Below are positions 61,416 to 64,000 of a stretch of 64,000 bases of DNA, in pieces; the stretch's first letter is position 1; each line of letters opens with the position of its first letter. The translations under genes were made by a program, and so were the position numbers. Origin of the DNA: Flaccisagitta enflata (Eukaryota); the NCBI GenBank assembly GCA_965153355.1, contig OZ231126.1:41912001-41976000 (forward strand). The letters run 5' to 3'. The notes beneath the pieces were generated by a model, which saw nothing but the letters and a program-made list of their open reading frames with translations, did not search any database and had not been told where the DNA came from.

Positions 61416-62470
61416 CAGTAGATCTCGTCTAGACTTGAGATAACGGGGGCAAGCATTGTGGAAACACAAATGAAGGCAGGGGAACAATATTTTGATCATA
61501 GGCTAATCAAAGGATGCTTAATTACCTATGATAGCTGGCTGCCATGGAAATACATTTCCAAGTATTCTCGCAAAAATATCAATATTTTGAGAGATTTTTT
61601 AACGGACATTGCTTAAAATCAAATTTGCTACAACTTTCCCACAGTATGTTCTGTAAGAATGTCGCTCGTTTGGCCGTTCCTAGGGAGCGTATCCATGTGT
61701 GACAACCCCTAGCAACCGCTAAACGAGCAACATTCTTACAGAACATACTGTGGGAAAGCTGTAGCAAATTTAATTTCGAAAAATGTTCCCTCAAAAAATT
61801 TCTCAATATATTGATACTTTAGCAAAAATATATAGAAATATGTTTCCATGGCAACCATCCCTTCATTAGTCTATGACATGTGGAACAATATCCCTCACTA
61901 TACCCAAACTAAAACAAATGGAAGAGGGCCTTGTGAACCCTCACTGACTAGTTAATACGCGCACCACTCCTAGTTTTCCATAAAACTGAATCTTAAAAAC
62001 ACACTCTCAGTCTAACCCAAATGCAAACAGCTCACCAAAAGTAGTTAGGGCTAATTATTGTCACCTGTATAACCAAAATTCAACAAATCACCCGAGGGTA
62101 ACATTATTAAGAAACCATACCCTTAGAGGATAGAATCGAGGTCAAGCTTAATGCGACCGCCGGACATTCCAATCCAAGGTACTGAGTAGTATGACATGTG
62201 GAACAATATCCCTCACTATACCCAAACTAAAACAAATGGAAGAGGGCCTTGTGAACCCTCACTGACTAGTTAATACGCGCACCACTCCTAGTTTTCCATA
62301 AAACTGAATCTAAAAAACACACTCTCAGTCTAACCCAAATGCAAACAGCTCACCAAAAGTAGTTAGAGCTAATTATTGTCACCTGTATGTTTCAGATATC
62401 ACTCCCCTGGCTTCATTTGCTTTTTTACAATGCTTGCCCCTGTTATCGCAAGTCTAGACGAGATCTACTG
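61416..62470. mobile_element. Tc1/mariner (pogo/Tigger-like) MITE with an internal palindrome and a nested insert
   Basis: TA|CAGTAGATCTCGTCTAGACTTG ... CAAGTCTAGACGAGATCTACTG|TA, with inverted arms at ~61545-61855. Confidence 0.85.
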
Positions 62471-63184
62471 TACACCATAAAGGATCGGAATTTCTACATC
62501 AGCCACTTTAGTATTCACTGTGAAAAAGACAAATGAGTGAAATGACAGATGACTTTAAAAGGCAAAGAGCTAAAGACTGCTCAACTTGATGTAGAATTTA
62601 AACTGCAAATACTTTGCTTAATTATGATTTTTTTAACTAGATTTTTGAAGGAAAACCAGTTAGCTCTCATGTGATGGTGATTAGTGACGGTGACGAAGAC
62701 GATAGAACTAGCTGCATATAAAAAGTTATATTTTCATATGATTAACTAAATGTAGAGGTGGAGTCAATGTTGCTGCTCGCCCTAATCCTTACCGCTAGAT
62801 TCAACATTACCAGTTTCCTCAAATAAAGTTTTATGGACAAACAATTGATAAGGCAACTGGACACTGGCAACTGGCAACTGGTTGACCATACCTCATTCGG
62901 CAAAAAAAAAAGAAAAAAAAAAAGACAGAAAACCGCAAAATCGACTTTTTTTTCTCTGTTTATATGAAAGAGGAACTTTTTTTCTGTGGGTGGGCCGTCA
63001 AATTTCCGTCTAATAAATGCCGCTCAGCACATCAACCTCGCCTGAACTCTGGGAAGCGGAAGAAGAACCCAAATAGCCGATCAGAATTCGAAAAAAGGGG
63101 AGAGTGAGAGTGAGAGTGAAAGAAAGAAAGAAGAGAAAGAAAAAAAGAAAGAAAGAAAGAAAGAAAGAAAGAAATTAAGAAATT

Positions 63185-63228
<44 letters not shown>

Positions 63229-63272
63229 AACAAACAAACAAACAAACAAACAAACAAACAAACAAACAAACA

Positions 63273-63336
<64 letters not shown>

Positions 63337-63340
63337 ATGA

Positions 63341-63392
<52 letters not shown>

Positions 63393-63712
63393 AAAAACAA
63401 GAAAGCCAGAAAAAAAGAGAGATGCACGGCTACCCCAATCGCGAGTCCCAAGTCCCAGCGATATGTATGTAAGAGTCACAAAGACTCTGTGAGACTGTGA
63501 GGCTGTGAGGCTGCGAGGCTGTGAGGCCAAGCTCCAACAGTTTGGAAATGAAAAGTTGTACCGATGGACCAAAAAAAAAAAAACTTAAATGATAATGACG
63601 TAATAATGATAATAATGACAATGATTTATATTTTCGTCAACATAAAATGCGACAATCCAAGCAGCACTCAAATCGGTTGCATAGCTACGATTCTACCACA
63701 TGGAATCATGTA

Positions 63713-64000
63713 CAGTAGATCTCGTCTAGACTTGAGATAACGGGGGCAAGCACTGTAGGAAAATAAATAAAGCCAGAGGAGTGATATTTCAAACATAGAC
63801 TAATAAGGAGGTGCTCTATTGCCCATGATAACTGGTTGCCATGGAAACACATTTCCATGTAACCATGGCGTCAATAAAAATGGCCACCATGTTCAATTTG
63901 CTGCTGTGAGTTCAATTTTTGGACTAGATTGATAATTTTTGACATGGTGATAATATTTCAAATTTCTGACTTAGCAAAAAAATCAGAATTCAAAAAAGTT
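63713..64000. mobile_element. Second copy of the same pogo-like MITE family (truncated by the window end)
   Basis: TA|CAGTAGATCTCGTCTAGACTTGAGATAACGGGGGCAAGCA, identical to the 61416 terminus. Confidence 0.8.

Overview
This is eukaryotic (invertebrate-like metazoan) genomic DNA, very rich in microsatellites and non-autonomous DNA transposons. I see no prokaryotic features, RNA genes or CRISPR arrays, and almost all short ORFs in the track are microsatellite or antisense artefacts. The real coding content is one spliced gene for a pentameric ligand-gated ion channel, apparently of the Cys-less ('Pro-loop') type, present as two divergently oriented copies. Copy 1 (minus strand) has two giant low-complexity/polyQ exons (A 26696-24266, B 16089-13503) and exon C (6276-6039), which starts the channel extracellular domain; it then runs off the left edge. 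Copy 2 (plus strand) has an identical exon C' (42807-43044) that joins in frame to exon D (58126-58327), with no A or B upstream. The two copies lie in an inverted duplication (1-8205 vs 42028-51062) whose arms differ by several percent and by copy-specific transposon insertions. One of these insertions is a Transib/RAG-like foldback MITE with CACAGTG termini and a 5-bp TSD. Between the arms are a noisy, probably unpolished segment (~29.8-37.4 kb) and a ~1.06-kb tandem array (37.4-42.0 kb), so the duplication may be real or may be two haplotypes mis-joined. Exons A and B share the same splice phases, and each joins exon C in frame but not each other, which suggests mutually exclusive ~800-aa disordered N-termini.
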